A DNA stretch of 40,322 nucleotides. Source: Alphaproteobacteria bacterium. GTDB taxonomy: Bacteria; Pseudomonadota; Alphaproteobacteria; SMXP01. Below are positions 25,097 through 33,298 of this stretch, piece by piece (position 1 is the stretch's first letter; each line of letters opens with the position of its first letter). The DNA lies in the NCBI GenBank assembly GCA_004356335.1, contig SMXP01000021.1, forward strand, positions 1 to 40,322. Direction: 5' to 3'. The notes under the pieces are model-generated. The model saw only the letters and a program-made list of their open reading frames with translations, searched no databases and was not told the origin of the DNA. The translations under genes and the position numbers were made by a program.

Positions 25097-25151
25097 GCGC
25101 GTCATGATGCTCACAGATCAAACCAGGGATTTGTCTCGCCATCCTCCCGCC

Positions 25152-25257
25152 TTAGGGTCTTTCCGGTTTTGATAGAATCAAAACCTGACCCTAAGTTATC
25201 GTTTTGTCGTGTTTCCGGACGGAAAACCGGTATCCACTTTTCCTGGAAACACTCTAG
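25152..25257. repeat. Mosaic hairpin repeat locus R8 (module B, inverted)
   Basis: ttagggtctttccggttttgatagaatcaaaacctgaccctaa..gtgtttccggacggaaaaccggtatccacttttcctggaaacactctag. It sits between the candidate Pho box and the pstS start. Confidence 0.9.
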
Positions 25258-25296
25258 AGGAGCCGGACCGTCCCAACAATTAGAGCAGAGGATAAG

Positions 25297-26172
25297 GTGA
25301 TTAGTAAAAGACTATTGTTAGTAGGGATGACGGTGGGCGCGGTCTTTCTGTCAGCCTCTGTCCAGGCGCGTGTTTTGATCCAGAACAAGGGGTCGGACAC
25401 TTTGGTCAATGTGGCGCAGGCGTGGGCCGAAGCCTACCAGACCATCGATCCCGACGTCGCCGTGGCGGTCTCGGGCGGTGGCTCGGGCACGGGAATCGCT
25501 GCATTGATCAACGGAACCGTGGATCTGGCCAATACCAGCCGCGCCATGAAACAAAAGGAAATCGACTTAGCTCGATCTAAAGGGCAGAATCCGGTACAGC
25601 ATATTGTGGGTTACGATGCGCTTGTGGTCTATTTACACAAAGACAATCCCGCCGAATCACTGTCCATCCCTCAATTAGCCGAAATCTATGGGAAATACGG
25701 CGAGACGGAGAATTGGTCACAGCTGAATATCGAGATACCCGGTTGCAAGGGTCAGGAAATGGTCATCGTGAGTCGCCAGAATAATTCGGGATCCTATGTC
25801 TATTTTCGCCAAGCCGTGCTGGGCAAGATGCGCGATTACAAAATGGGTACCCGCGATATGCACGGATCAAAGGACGTTGTGGAATTGGTCGAGAACACCC
25901 CCTGCGCCATTGGCTTTAGCGGCCTAGCTTACGCCACACCCGAGGTCAAATTGGCATGCATTGCGATGGAAGACGGCGCCCCTTGCGTGATGCCATCGGT
26001 TGAGACCGCCCTCGACCGTAGCTATCCGATCGCACGACCGCTTTTTATGTACACCAATGGCGAACCAACCGGTAAAATTCAGGAATATTTGAATTGGATC
26101 CTCAGCGATGAAGGGCAATGTATCATCCGCAAGAAGGGATACGCACCGGTGCAGAATGTGACATGCAATTGA
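25297..26172 (+). CDS. pstS: phosphate ABC transporter substrate-binding protein PstS
   Basis: 291 aa. It has a signal peptide, GSDTLVNVAQAWAEAY, the phosphate-binding SGGGSGTGIAAL, and NNSGSY. Confidence 0.85.
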   Translation: MISKRLLLVGMTVGAVFLSASVQARVLIQNKGSDTLVNVAQAWAEAYQTIDPDVAVAVSGGGSGTGIAALINGTVDLANTSRAMKQKEIDLARSKGQNPVQHIVGYDALVVYLHKDNPAESLSIPQLAEIYGKYGETENWSQLNIEIPGCKGQEMVIVSRQNNSGSYVYFRQAVLGKMRDYKMGTRDMHGSKDVVELVENTPCAIGFSGLAYATPEVKLACIAMEDGAPCVMPSVETALDRSYPIARPLFMYTNGEPTGKIQEYLNWILSDEGQCIIRKKGYAPVQNVTCN

Positions 26173-26317
26173 AACCACAGACACCTAAGCGGACGCAAAC
26201 TCACTGAGTTAGTTTTGGGCGGGGGGATCAACCGGTAGCGGCTGCCTTGCCGCCTCGCTCCGCTAGGCACTGGGACTGCGGCAGTTTTCGAGGCAGAACG
26301 CAGAACATAGAATAATC

Positions 26318-27403
26318 ATGTCCCTATATGAAGAACGCCTGACCAAAGACCTCGACCGGATGAAAAACGAGATCACGGTTCTTGGGACTTGGGTCGTGCA
26401 AGCTTTGCGCGATGCGGTGCACGCACATCTTGAAGGCAACACGAAGCTCGCCAACGAAACCATCCTTGGCGACAAACGGATCAACCGCAAGAAAAACCAG
26501 ATCAATAAACTGGCCTATGCCTTTATGGCGGTTCATCTGCCGAGCGCCGGCCATCTGCGCAAAGTCGCCTCCATAATGCGGATTGTCAACGAGCTGGAGC
26601 GAATTGGCGATTATGCGGTCATCATCGCCCGGGAGGCCCTGCAACTTCCCCATCCCCCCACCGGGCAACTCAGAGAAAAAATGGAACAGATGGCACGCCA
26701 AGCCGAAACCGCCTTGGAGCAAGCCATGACCGCATTCAACACAAACGACGTAGAACTGGCACAGAAAGCCCGTGCTATCGCCTCACAGTCAAAGGACCGG
26801 GCAGGCAGAGCTTTCGACGATTTGGTCTTAGAAGGTGAGAAGCAAGAGGAACAAATCCGCTATCTCTTCGATATGCTCATCACTCTGGATCGACTGAAAC
26901 GCGTAAGCGATCGCGCCAAAAATATATGTGAGGAAACCAGCTTCACCGTAACCGGTAAAACCAAGAAGCGGAAGGTTTACAAAATCCTCTTTCTCGATCC
27001 GGAAAATAACTGCCAAAGCCAGATCGCCGAAGCTTTGGCACGCAGAAATTATCCAAATAGTGGCGAATATAGCAGCGCCGGTCGCTCCAAAGAGGCAAAC
27101 CCGGCGCTCGGTCTAATAGAATTCATGGAAACTAAGGGCCTCGCTGTTTCACCTATCACACGACAAGTGGTGGGGCCCCATATCGACAATGCTGCTGCTT
27201 ACGACATTATTGTGAGCTTGAATGGTCCGGTAAGCGACTATTTCCCAACTCAGCCGTTCCGCACTGTCTTTTTGGAATGGGATGTCGGACAGGCTCCAAA
27301 CAGCCCGGCCGAAACGGATGAACACTATATCGCCATTTACCGTGAAACCACGGCCCGACTTCGAGACCTGATGGAAATGCTCCGCGGCGAAGAGGCCGAC
27401 TAA
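26318..27403 (+). CDS. PhoU-domain protein fused to a degenerate LMW-PTP/ArsC-like domain
   Basis: Residues 1-215 or so are a two-repeat PhoU (..RIVNELERIGDYAV.. and ..TLDRLKRVSDRAKNI..). The C-terminal 140 aa or so align with LMW phosphatase/ArsC, but the P-loop reads LFLDPENNCQSQIAEAL instead of ..CTGNSCRSQMAE.. (Cys to Asp, Arg to Gln). The stop abuts the pstC ATG. Confidence 0.75.
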   Translation: MSLYEERLTKDLDRMKNEITVLGTWVVQALRDAVHAHLEGNTKLANETILGDKRINRKKNQINKLAYAFMAVHLPSAGHLRKVASIMRIVNELERIGDYAVIIAREALQLPHPPTGQLREKMEQMARQAETALEQAMTAFNTNDVELAQKARAIASQSKDRAGRAFDDLVLEGEKQEEQIRYLFDMLITLDRLKRVSDRAKNICEETSFTVTGKTKKRKVYKILFLDPENNCQSQIAEALARRNYPNSGEYSSAGRSKEANPALGLIEFMETKGLAVSPITRQVVGPHIDNAAAYDIIVSLNGPVSDYFPTQPFRTVFLEWDVGQAPNSPAETDEHYIAIYRETTARLRDLMEMLRGEEAD

Positions 27404-28348
27404 ATGACCGGCACCGTCAGATCACTCGCCGCCGCCACACCGTCGGCTAGGAAACAACTCGACCAACTCGACCGTGCTTGGTACATCGATAAAATCGTTC
27501 AATTCATCGTATTTGCGAGCGGTATTTCGGCAATCATTTTCATTGTCGGGATTTTCATATTCGTCACCAAAGAGGGCTTCGGATTTATCCTCGGGGCGTT
27601 CGATTTTGCCGAGTTCTTCGGCTCACCTCGCTGGAAACCAACGTCCGAATATAATCCGACTTACGGCATTCTCGCTTTGATCGCCGGTACGGCCAGCGTG
27701 ACGGGCCTGGCTATGTTGATTGCCATTCCCTTTTCGATTGGCGCGGCCATTTACGTTGCGGAATTTGCCACCGGTAAGACCAGGGAGGCGCTCAAGGTCC
27801 TTGTGGAACTATTGGCTGCTATCCCTTCAGTCGTCTGGGGCTTTATTGCACTGAGTTTGATGAATCCTTTGATTATTGAACTGTTCGACGTTCCGGTCGG
27901 TCTCAACATACTCAATGCCGGCATCATCCTCGCTCTCATGGCGGCTCCGATTATGACATCCATTGCCGAGGATGCGCTCAAGGCGGTACCGGACCGTTAT
28001 CGCGAGGCCGCCGAAGCCCTGGGCGCAACCCGTTGGCAAGTGATCTCCAAAGTGGTGCTCCCTGCCGCCAAAAACGGCTTGCTGGGCGCGGTACTTTTAG
28101 GAGTGGGCAGAGGGTTTGGCGAAACCATGGCCGTCTTGATGGCAACCGGTCACTCGATCAATTTGCCTGATAGCATTTTTGATTCAGTGCGCGCCCTCAC
28201 AGCAACCATTGCATCAGAGCTCGGCGAGACCGTTGTCGGATCCGATCATTATCAAGCCTTGTTCACCATCGGAATTTTTCTGTTTCTGATTACCTTCGTC
28301 ATAAACCTATGTGCCGACCTTGTTGTGCGGGGCATCGGCAAAGTATAG
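27404..28348 (+). CDS. pstC: phosphate ABC transporter permease PstC
   Basis: 314 aa with six TM segments and the EAA-type loop SIAEDALKAVPDRYREAAEALGATRWQ. Confidence 0.85.
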   Translation: MTGTVRSLAAATPSARKQLDQLDRAWYIDKIVQFIVFASGISAIIFIVGIFIFVTKEGFGFILGAFDFAEFFGSPRWKPTSEYNPTYGILALIAGTASVTGLAMLIAIPFSIGAAIYVAEFATGKTREALKVLVELLAAIPSVVWGFIALSLMNPLIIELFDVPVGLNILNAGIILALMAAPIMTSIAEDALKAVPDRYREAAEALGATRWQVISKVVLPAAKNGLLGAVLLGVGRGFGETMAVLMATGHSINLPDSIFDSVRALTATIASELGETVVGSDHYQALFTIGIFLFLITFVINLCADLVVRGIGKV

Positions 28349-28367
28349 TTACGGGAACAATGCAAAG

Positions 28368-29237
28368 ATGTTCGCTGCAAGTGGTTTAAACTCTCGGAAT
28401 AATCGGCGGCAGGCCTTAATACGTATTCTCTTTATGCTTATGACCGGTCTTTTGATTCTCCCGGTCCTGATCATCCTTACCACTTTGCTCTACAAAGGCG
28501 GCCCGGCGATCTCTTTTGAATTTCTGTTCGGCAATCCGACCAACGGTATGACAGAAGGTGGTATCTTTCCGGCTTTGGTGGGCACGATTTGGCTTGTAGC
28601 GGTAGCTTTGTTGTTCTCCGTTCCGCTAGGTGTTGCCGCAGCCATTTATCTTAGCGAGTTCGCAGCGGAAAATTGGTTTACCCGTGCAATCAACCTGGCA
28701 ATCATCAATCTCGCGGGTGTGCCCTCTATCGTGCATGCGCTTTTCGGAGTCGGCGCGTTCGTTTTGTTCATGGATTTCGGCACCAGCATCTTGGCGGCGA
28801 GTTTAACCCTTGCCATCATGACATTACCGGTGGTGATCGTAGCGACCCGTGAGTCACTTCAGGCGGTACCATATGCTTTTCGTGAAGCTTGTTGGAATAT
28901 GGGCGCAACGCGCTGGCAGACAATTCGACGTGTTGTATTACCCAACGCCGTCAGCGGCATATTGACCGGTGTCATTCTTGAAGTGTCGCGCACAGCGGGC
29001 GAAACCGCACCCATCATGTTTACCGGTGCGGCCTTCTTCCTTCCCTTCTTGCCGGAAAGCGTATTCGATCAGACCATGGCCATGTCCCTGCACCTTTTCG
29101 TCATTTCCACTCAAGTGCCCGGCGTTCCTGACGAATTGCCTTTCGGGGTGGCTTTGGTGCTCATCGCTATGGTTCTGATAATGAATTCCTTTTCAATCGC
29201 GCTACGTATTTATTTGCGCGTTAACAAAAAATGGTAG
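28368..29237 (+). CDS. pstA: phosphate ABC transporter permease PstA
   Basis: ORF 28311..29237. GTG 28311 would overlap pstC by 38 nt, so I prefer ATG 28368 (MFAASGLNS..). EAA loop ATRESLQAVPYAFREACWNMGATRWQ. Confidence 0.8.
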   Translation: MFAASGLNSRNNRRQALIRILFMLMTGLLILPVLIILTTLLYKGGPAISFEFLFGNPTNGMTEGGIFPALVGTIWLVAVALLFSVPLGVAAAIYLSEFAAENWFTRAINLAIINLAGVPSIVHALFGVGAFVLFMDFGTSILAASLTLAIMTLPVVIVATRESLQAVPYAFREACWNMGATRWQTIRRVVLPNAVSGILTGVILEVSRTAGETAPIMFTGAAFFLPFLPESVFDQTMAMSLHLFVISTQVPGVPDELPFGVALVLIAMVLIMNSFSIALRIYLRVNKKW

Positions 29238-30058
29238 AGGCGTTGACCCAGAATCATCCATACGACACCGTGCCAAAACAAGCTCCTACCAAGCCGTCAT
29301 CGTCGCCCGTGAAGCTCGATATACGAAACCTATCCATAAGCTATAATGGCATTCCGGCATTGGTAGGCGTCAACCTTAAGATTTACGAGAACGAGATATT
29401 CGGAATAATTGGACCTGCGAACAGCGGTAAAACCTCGTTGCTTAAGGCCTTGAATCGCATGGACATGTTTGATTCGGCCATGACTGTGTCGGGGGAGATC
29501 CTGTTCGACGGCTATAACATTCAACGCTGGCGTAATGTTTATGCGCTACGCCGTCGCATTGGGGTGGTTTTCCCCTTGCCGGTCGGCTTGCCGATGACCG
29601 TCTATGATAATGTCGCGTTAGCGCCGCGTCTATCGGGCATTAACAACAAGGCAGAGTTAGACGAAACCGTTGAACGGTGCCTGAAGCGGGCAGCCCTATG
29701 GGACGAGGTCAAGGACCGGCTTCAATCTTTGGGCAGCCTCCTTTCCGGCGGTCAACAGCAGCGTCTAACCATCGCCCGCGCTCTGTCGCAAAACCCCGAC
29801 TTATTGATGCTTGATGAATTTTCTATTGCCGTCGATCCCGTTACAACCATGCGCATAGAGGACGTTCTGAAGGAACTTAAGAGGGAAATGACCATCATCC
29901 TCGTGACAAATCTGACACAACAGGCCCACCGGCTCGCTGAACGTATCGCATTCTTCATGAATGGAACGTGCATCGAAATTGGCGACACTGAGTCTATGTT
30001 CTCCGGAAACGTGACGGATAACCGTACAGCAGATTACATCGCCGGGCGGTTTGGTTAG
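29231..30058 (+). CDS. PstB-like ABC ATPase, catalytically degenerate paralogue
   Basis: Walker A GPANSGKT and the signature LSGGQQQRL are intact. The Q-loop reads VVFPLP (Gln to Pro), the H-loop reads LVTNLTQQA (His to Asn), and Walker B is LLMLDEF. The C-terminus ADYIAGRFG is PstB-like. Confidence 0.8.
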   Translation: MVEALTQNHPYDTVPKQAPTKPSSSPVKLDIRNLSISYNGIPALVGVNLKIYENEIFGIIGPANSGKTSLLKALNRMDMFDSAMTVSGEILFDGYNIQRWRNVYALRRRIGVVFPLPVGLPMTVYDNVALAPRLSGINNKAELDETVERCLKRAALWDEVKDRLQSLGSLLSGGQQQRLTIARALSQNPDLLMLDEFSIAVDPVTTMRIEDVLKELKREMTIILVTNLTQQAHRLAERIAFFMNGTCIEIGDTESMFSGNVTDNRTADYIAGRFG

Positions 30059-30076
30059 GAGTTCAAGGAATCGATA

Positions 30077-30910
30077 ATGGATCGGCAGGCCGTGATACGA
30101 GACGCCAAACATTCGGCGGAAGCACAGCAGAGCAGTGCAACGTCGCAATATGCCATCGTTACACAAGACCTCAATGTTTGGTACGGTGATTTTCAAGCCC
30201 TTTACGACGTCACTCTGAATATCAAAAAAGACATCATCACGTCACTCATTGGCCCCTCCGGTTGCGGAAAATCGACTTTCTTGCGCAGCATCAATCGAAT
30301 CAACGAGCGGCTGAGCTACGTTCGTATCGATGGATCAATTACGGTTTACGACCACAATATATATGGCGATCACGTCGAGTTGGCTCAGGTGCGCAAGCAG
30401 ATAGGGATGGTGTTTCAGCGGCCCAATCCGTTGCCTATTTCAATTCGTGACAACGTGCTTTTTGGATTGAGCATTCACAGCGAAAGTCGCAAGAAATTGC
30501 CCCGTAACGAGGTAGACGACATCGTCGAGCAAGCATTACAGCAGGTGCTTTTGTGGCACACCGTTAAGGACCGGCTTGGCCGTAAGGCCACCGAGTTATC
30601 GCTTGAGGAACAGCAGAAGCTCTGCATTGCCCGCCTGCTGCCGATCAAACCAACTATTCTACTGATGGACGAACCTTGTAGCGCACTGGATGCCAAGGGA
30701 ACCGAAGCGGTAGAGGAGCTGCTATGGGGATTACGGGGCCGTTATACGATTGTGATCGTCACTCACAACATGGCCCAGGCGCGGCGTGCCAGCGACGAAT
30801 GCATCTTCATGCTGATGGGAAAAGTCATCGAACATACGCCAACGGCGGAAATGTTTGTCACCCCGGCCCATAAGGAGACAGCCGATTATATCGAAGGGCG
30901 TTACGGTTAG
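30077..30910 (+). CDS. pstB: phosphate ABC transporter ATPase PstB (canonical catalytic motifs, degenerate signature)
   Basis: Canonical motifs are Walker A GPSGCGKST, Q-loop MVFQRPNP, Walker B LLMDEPCSALD and H-loop VTHNMAQA. The ABC signature reads LSLEEQQKL instead of LSGGQQQRL. Confidence 0.85.
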   Translation: MDRQAVIRDAKHSAEAQQSSATSQYAIVTQDLNVWYGDFQALYDVTLNIKKDIITSLIGPSGCGKSTFLRSINRINERLSYVRIDGSITVYDHNIYGDHVELAQVRKQIGMVFQRPNPLPISIRDNVLFGLSIHSESRKKLPRNEVDDIVEQALQQVLLWHTVKDRLGRKATELSLEEQQKLCIARLLPIKPTILLMDEPCSALDAKGTEAVEELLWGLRGRYTIVIVTHNMAQARRASDECIFMLMGKVIEHTPTAEMFVTPAHKETADYIEGRYG

Positions 30911-31049
30911 TGTCACACAGGATCATCACGTCCGGTCGGTGTTTTTCGCGCAGGTCAAGGGAATCAATAAATCCCGGAAAAGGCCTGGAAATCCGCCCGG
31001 AGCTGTGGGATGTTCTCCCAAATAGAGCAGATAAAAGTACCATTATAGT

Positions 31050-31772
31050 ATGATTAGAAAACGTTGGGTCGCCCATATCCGTTGGGCGTTATTACTTTTT
31101 GGGGCGATGAACTTGGCCGCTTGCGCGAATTTGAGGGGCGTGGTGGGCGCAGATTGCGCCCCGCCGCCGGCCGAGGCCGCTGCGGACGAAACAACGGAAG
31201 CCCCTTTGGAGAAAGAACAGCCGCTGGCCGAGGCCGCCTCTGCGGAAACAACGGAAGCCCCTTTGGAGGATGCGATGGTTGGAGAACAGCCGCCAAATCC
31301 GACACCCGAAACGAACCATAGGTTGGACGTATCGCGGCTGCAAACCGCCGATGGCCGGCTGATTCTCGGAAGCGTCGAAACCATACGACTTGATCCGTTG
31401 GGTATCATATATGAAGCGCGGATCGACACCGGCGCCGAAACCTCATCGATTGATGCGCAAAACATCGTGCTTTTCGAGCGGGACGGTAAAAGGTGGGCAC
31501 GATTTGAGCTACAGGATGCCGGTCAAAATGACCCGGTAGTGGTGGAAAAACGTATTAGACGATTTGTCTTGGTTAGCCAAATAAATAATCTGGAGCTGGA
31601 CCGCCGCCCCGTGGTTCGAATGCGTTTGCAGGTGGGTGCAACAATTGAAACCGTCGATATCAGTTTGACGAACCGTTCCCGCATGTCCTTCCCTATCTTA
31701 TTGGGGCGGGAATTTCTGCTCGACCGAGCCGTCGTTGATGTTTCCAGAAGTCATATTCAGGACTTACAATGA
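31050..31772 (+). CDS. DUF785 / putative ATP-dependent zinc protease family (retropepsin-like aspartic protease) lipoprotein
   Basis: Lipobox NLAA|C, then an acidic repeat linker, then a catalytic-type ARIDTGAETSSIDA (D-T-G) and a C-terminal ILLGREFL. This is the family usually found next to RimK-like ligases. Confidence 0.75.
   Translation: MIRKRWVAHIRWALLLFGAMNLAACANLRGVVGADCAPPPAEAAADETTEAPLEKEQPLAEAASAETTEAPLEDAMVGEQPPNPTPETNHRLDVSRLQTADGRLILGSVETIRLDPLGIIYEARIDTGAETSSIDAQNIVLFERDGKRWARFELQDAGQNDPVVVEKRIRRFVLVSQINNLELDRRPVVRMRLQVGATIETVDISLTNRSRMSFPILLGREFLLDRAVVDVSRSHIQDLQ
31170..31283 (+). repeat. In-frame 57-nt tandem duplication inside the protease linker
   Basis: gccgaggccgctgcggacgaaacaacggaagcccctttggag (31170-31211) recurs at 31227-31268. 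It encodes AEAAADETTEAPLEKEQPL / AEAASAETTEAPLEDAMVGEQP. Confidence 0.85.
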
Positions 31773-33298
31773 TCGGACTGTCTGCGTCTCGTTTGTTGTT
31801 CTTTTTTCTAGTCTTTTCATTGTTTGCGGGTGGCATCGTCCAAATACTTCACCGTCATTTGTCGTTAGGCATTCCATTACTGCCCTCGGCCAGTCGCGAT
31901 GTCTGGTTCGTTGATGCCAAAGTAACCTTTGAAGCAACCGGGGGGCCGGTTACCGTATCTTTCGCACTGCCGGCCAGCCAAACCGGTTACACATTGTTGG
32001 GAGAAACTTTAGTGTCACCGGGCTATGGTGTCTCGCTCTTACCATCCGGCGGTTTGCGTCGGGCGGAATGGACAATTGCAGACACGGACGGCACACAAAA
32101 GCTTTATTACAAGGCACAATTTGCCGCCGATAATTTGATCGTTTCCTCATCCGACTCACCGCCGTCTTTAGCATTGGAACCACCCTTATCGTTGGATGAG
32201 GTTGATCAGGCAGCAGCGCAGGAAGTTTTGACGGAGGCAATCGAGAAGTCCGCAGGACCCCTTTCACTTACGCGTCAGATTCTGAAAATTCTAACTCGGT
32301 CGCCGCCGACGCAAACCGTCGAACTCCTTCGTACAAATTTCGAGCCGGCCGATCTACTGATAACCCTGCTGACTCAAGGGGGGGTGGCGGCCCGTTCCGT
32401 GTTTGGCCTTGAATTGGAAGACGGTCGTCGGCGCAAGCGTCTGGAGAGTTTCGTTGAAGTTTTCGCGGACGGAGAATTGCATCTCTTCGATCCCGCTACG
32501 GGTGCCGAAGGACGACCCGATAACGTGCTATTGTGGGCACCGGGGGCGCTATCTATTCTCGATGTGCAAGGCGGTCGAAATTCCGACTTGACCTTTTCGA
32601 TATTATTACAGGAAGAGGCCGCTCTGAAGAGTGTTCTCACTCAATTGGACGATTTGGGGCAAGACGATTTTTCCATATATCGCTTGCCTCTCGAGGAACA
32701 AGCTTTGCTCAAGGGAATGTTTTTGATTCCCATTGGGGTCCTCGTGGTCGTCTTTATCCGTGTGATCATCGGCTTCAGAACGAGCGGTACATTCATGCCG
32801 GTTTTGCTCGCCATAGCCTTTATTCAAACGAAGTTGATACCGGGTTTGATCGGCTTTGTGCTTATTGTCGGTACCGGGCTCATTGTGAGATCTTACCTGT
32901 CGACCGTCAATCTGTTACTCGTTGCACGTATCTCGGCAACTCTCAGCGTTGTTATAGGTTTGACGATTCTATTCACGCTTCTGAGCGAACGAATGGGATT
33001 GGAGAATATTCAAAACTTCACTTTTTTCCCGCTTGTCATCATGACTTGGACCATCGAACGCATGTCCATACTTTGGGAGGAAGAAGGCCCTAAAGAAGTT
33101 TTAATCCAAGCGGCGGGAACTTTGGTGGTGGCGGTCATAGCTTATTCTCTAATGTCGACACCCATCGTTCGGCATCTTAGTTTTAATTTTCTTGGCCTGC
33201 AGCTGGTCATTCTATCCCTTATTCTTTTGATGGGCCAATATACCGGCTACCGGGTGCTTGAGCTGCACCGGTTTAGGTCTCTCGGCAAGGATGTTTGA
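31769..33298 (+). CDS. inactive-transglutaminase-like N-domain fused to a 7-TM module
   Basis: 509 aa with an N-terminal TM, a periplasmic domain of about 300 aa, then seven hydrophobic helices in the C-terminal 200 aa. ATGA overlap with the protease gene. The architecture matches the 7TM_transglut family associated with RimK-like ligases. Confidence 0.65.
   Translation: MIGLSASRLLFFFLVFSLFAGGIVQILHRHLSLGIPLLPSASRDVWFVDAKVTFEATGGPVTVSFALPASQTGYTLLGETLVSPGYGVSLLPSGGLRRAEWTIADTDGTQKLYYKAQFAADNLIVSSSDSPPSLALEPPLSLDEVDQAAAQEVLTEAIEKSAGPLSLTRQILKILTRSPPTQTVELLRTNFEPADLLITLLTQGGVAARSVFGLELEDGRRRKRLESFVEVFADGELHLFDPATGAEGRPDNVLLWAPGALSILDVQGGRNSDLTFSILLQEEAALKSVLTQLDDLGQDDFSIYRLPLEEQALLKGMFLIPIGVLVVVFIRVIIGFRTSGTFMPVLLAIAFIQTKLIPGLIGFVLIVGTGLIVRSYLSTVNLLLVARISATLSVVIGLTILFTLLSERMGLENIQNFTFFPLVIMTWTIERMSILWEEEGPKEVLIQAAGTLVVAVIAYSLMSTPIVRHLSFNFLGLQLVILSLILLMGQYTGYRVLELHRFRSLGKDV

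Noticed and set aside
28311-28367. Long GTG start for pstA overlapping pstC by 38 nt
   Set aside because: It is possible, but the extension (MPTLLCGASAKYSYGNNAK) is not PstA-like. ATG 28368 gives the usual basic N-terminus before TM1. It is noted as an alternative in the feature.
30909-30931. gTGTCACacagGATCATC after pstB as a possible Pho box for the RimK-like triad
   Set aside because: Only one half-site resembles CTGTCA(C/T). The second 11-bp-phased unit does not match, so the evidence is too weak to call.
31054-31465. Four overlapping ORFs of 83-140 aa on both strands over the start of the protease gene
   Set aside because: They are artefacts of the GC-rich 57-nt tandem duplication. Only the plus-strand frame continues into a domain with recognisable motifs (D-T-G).
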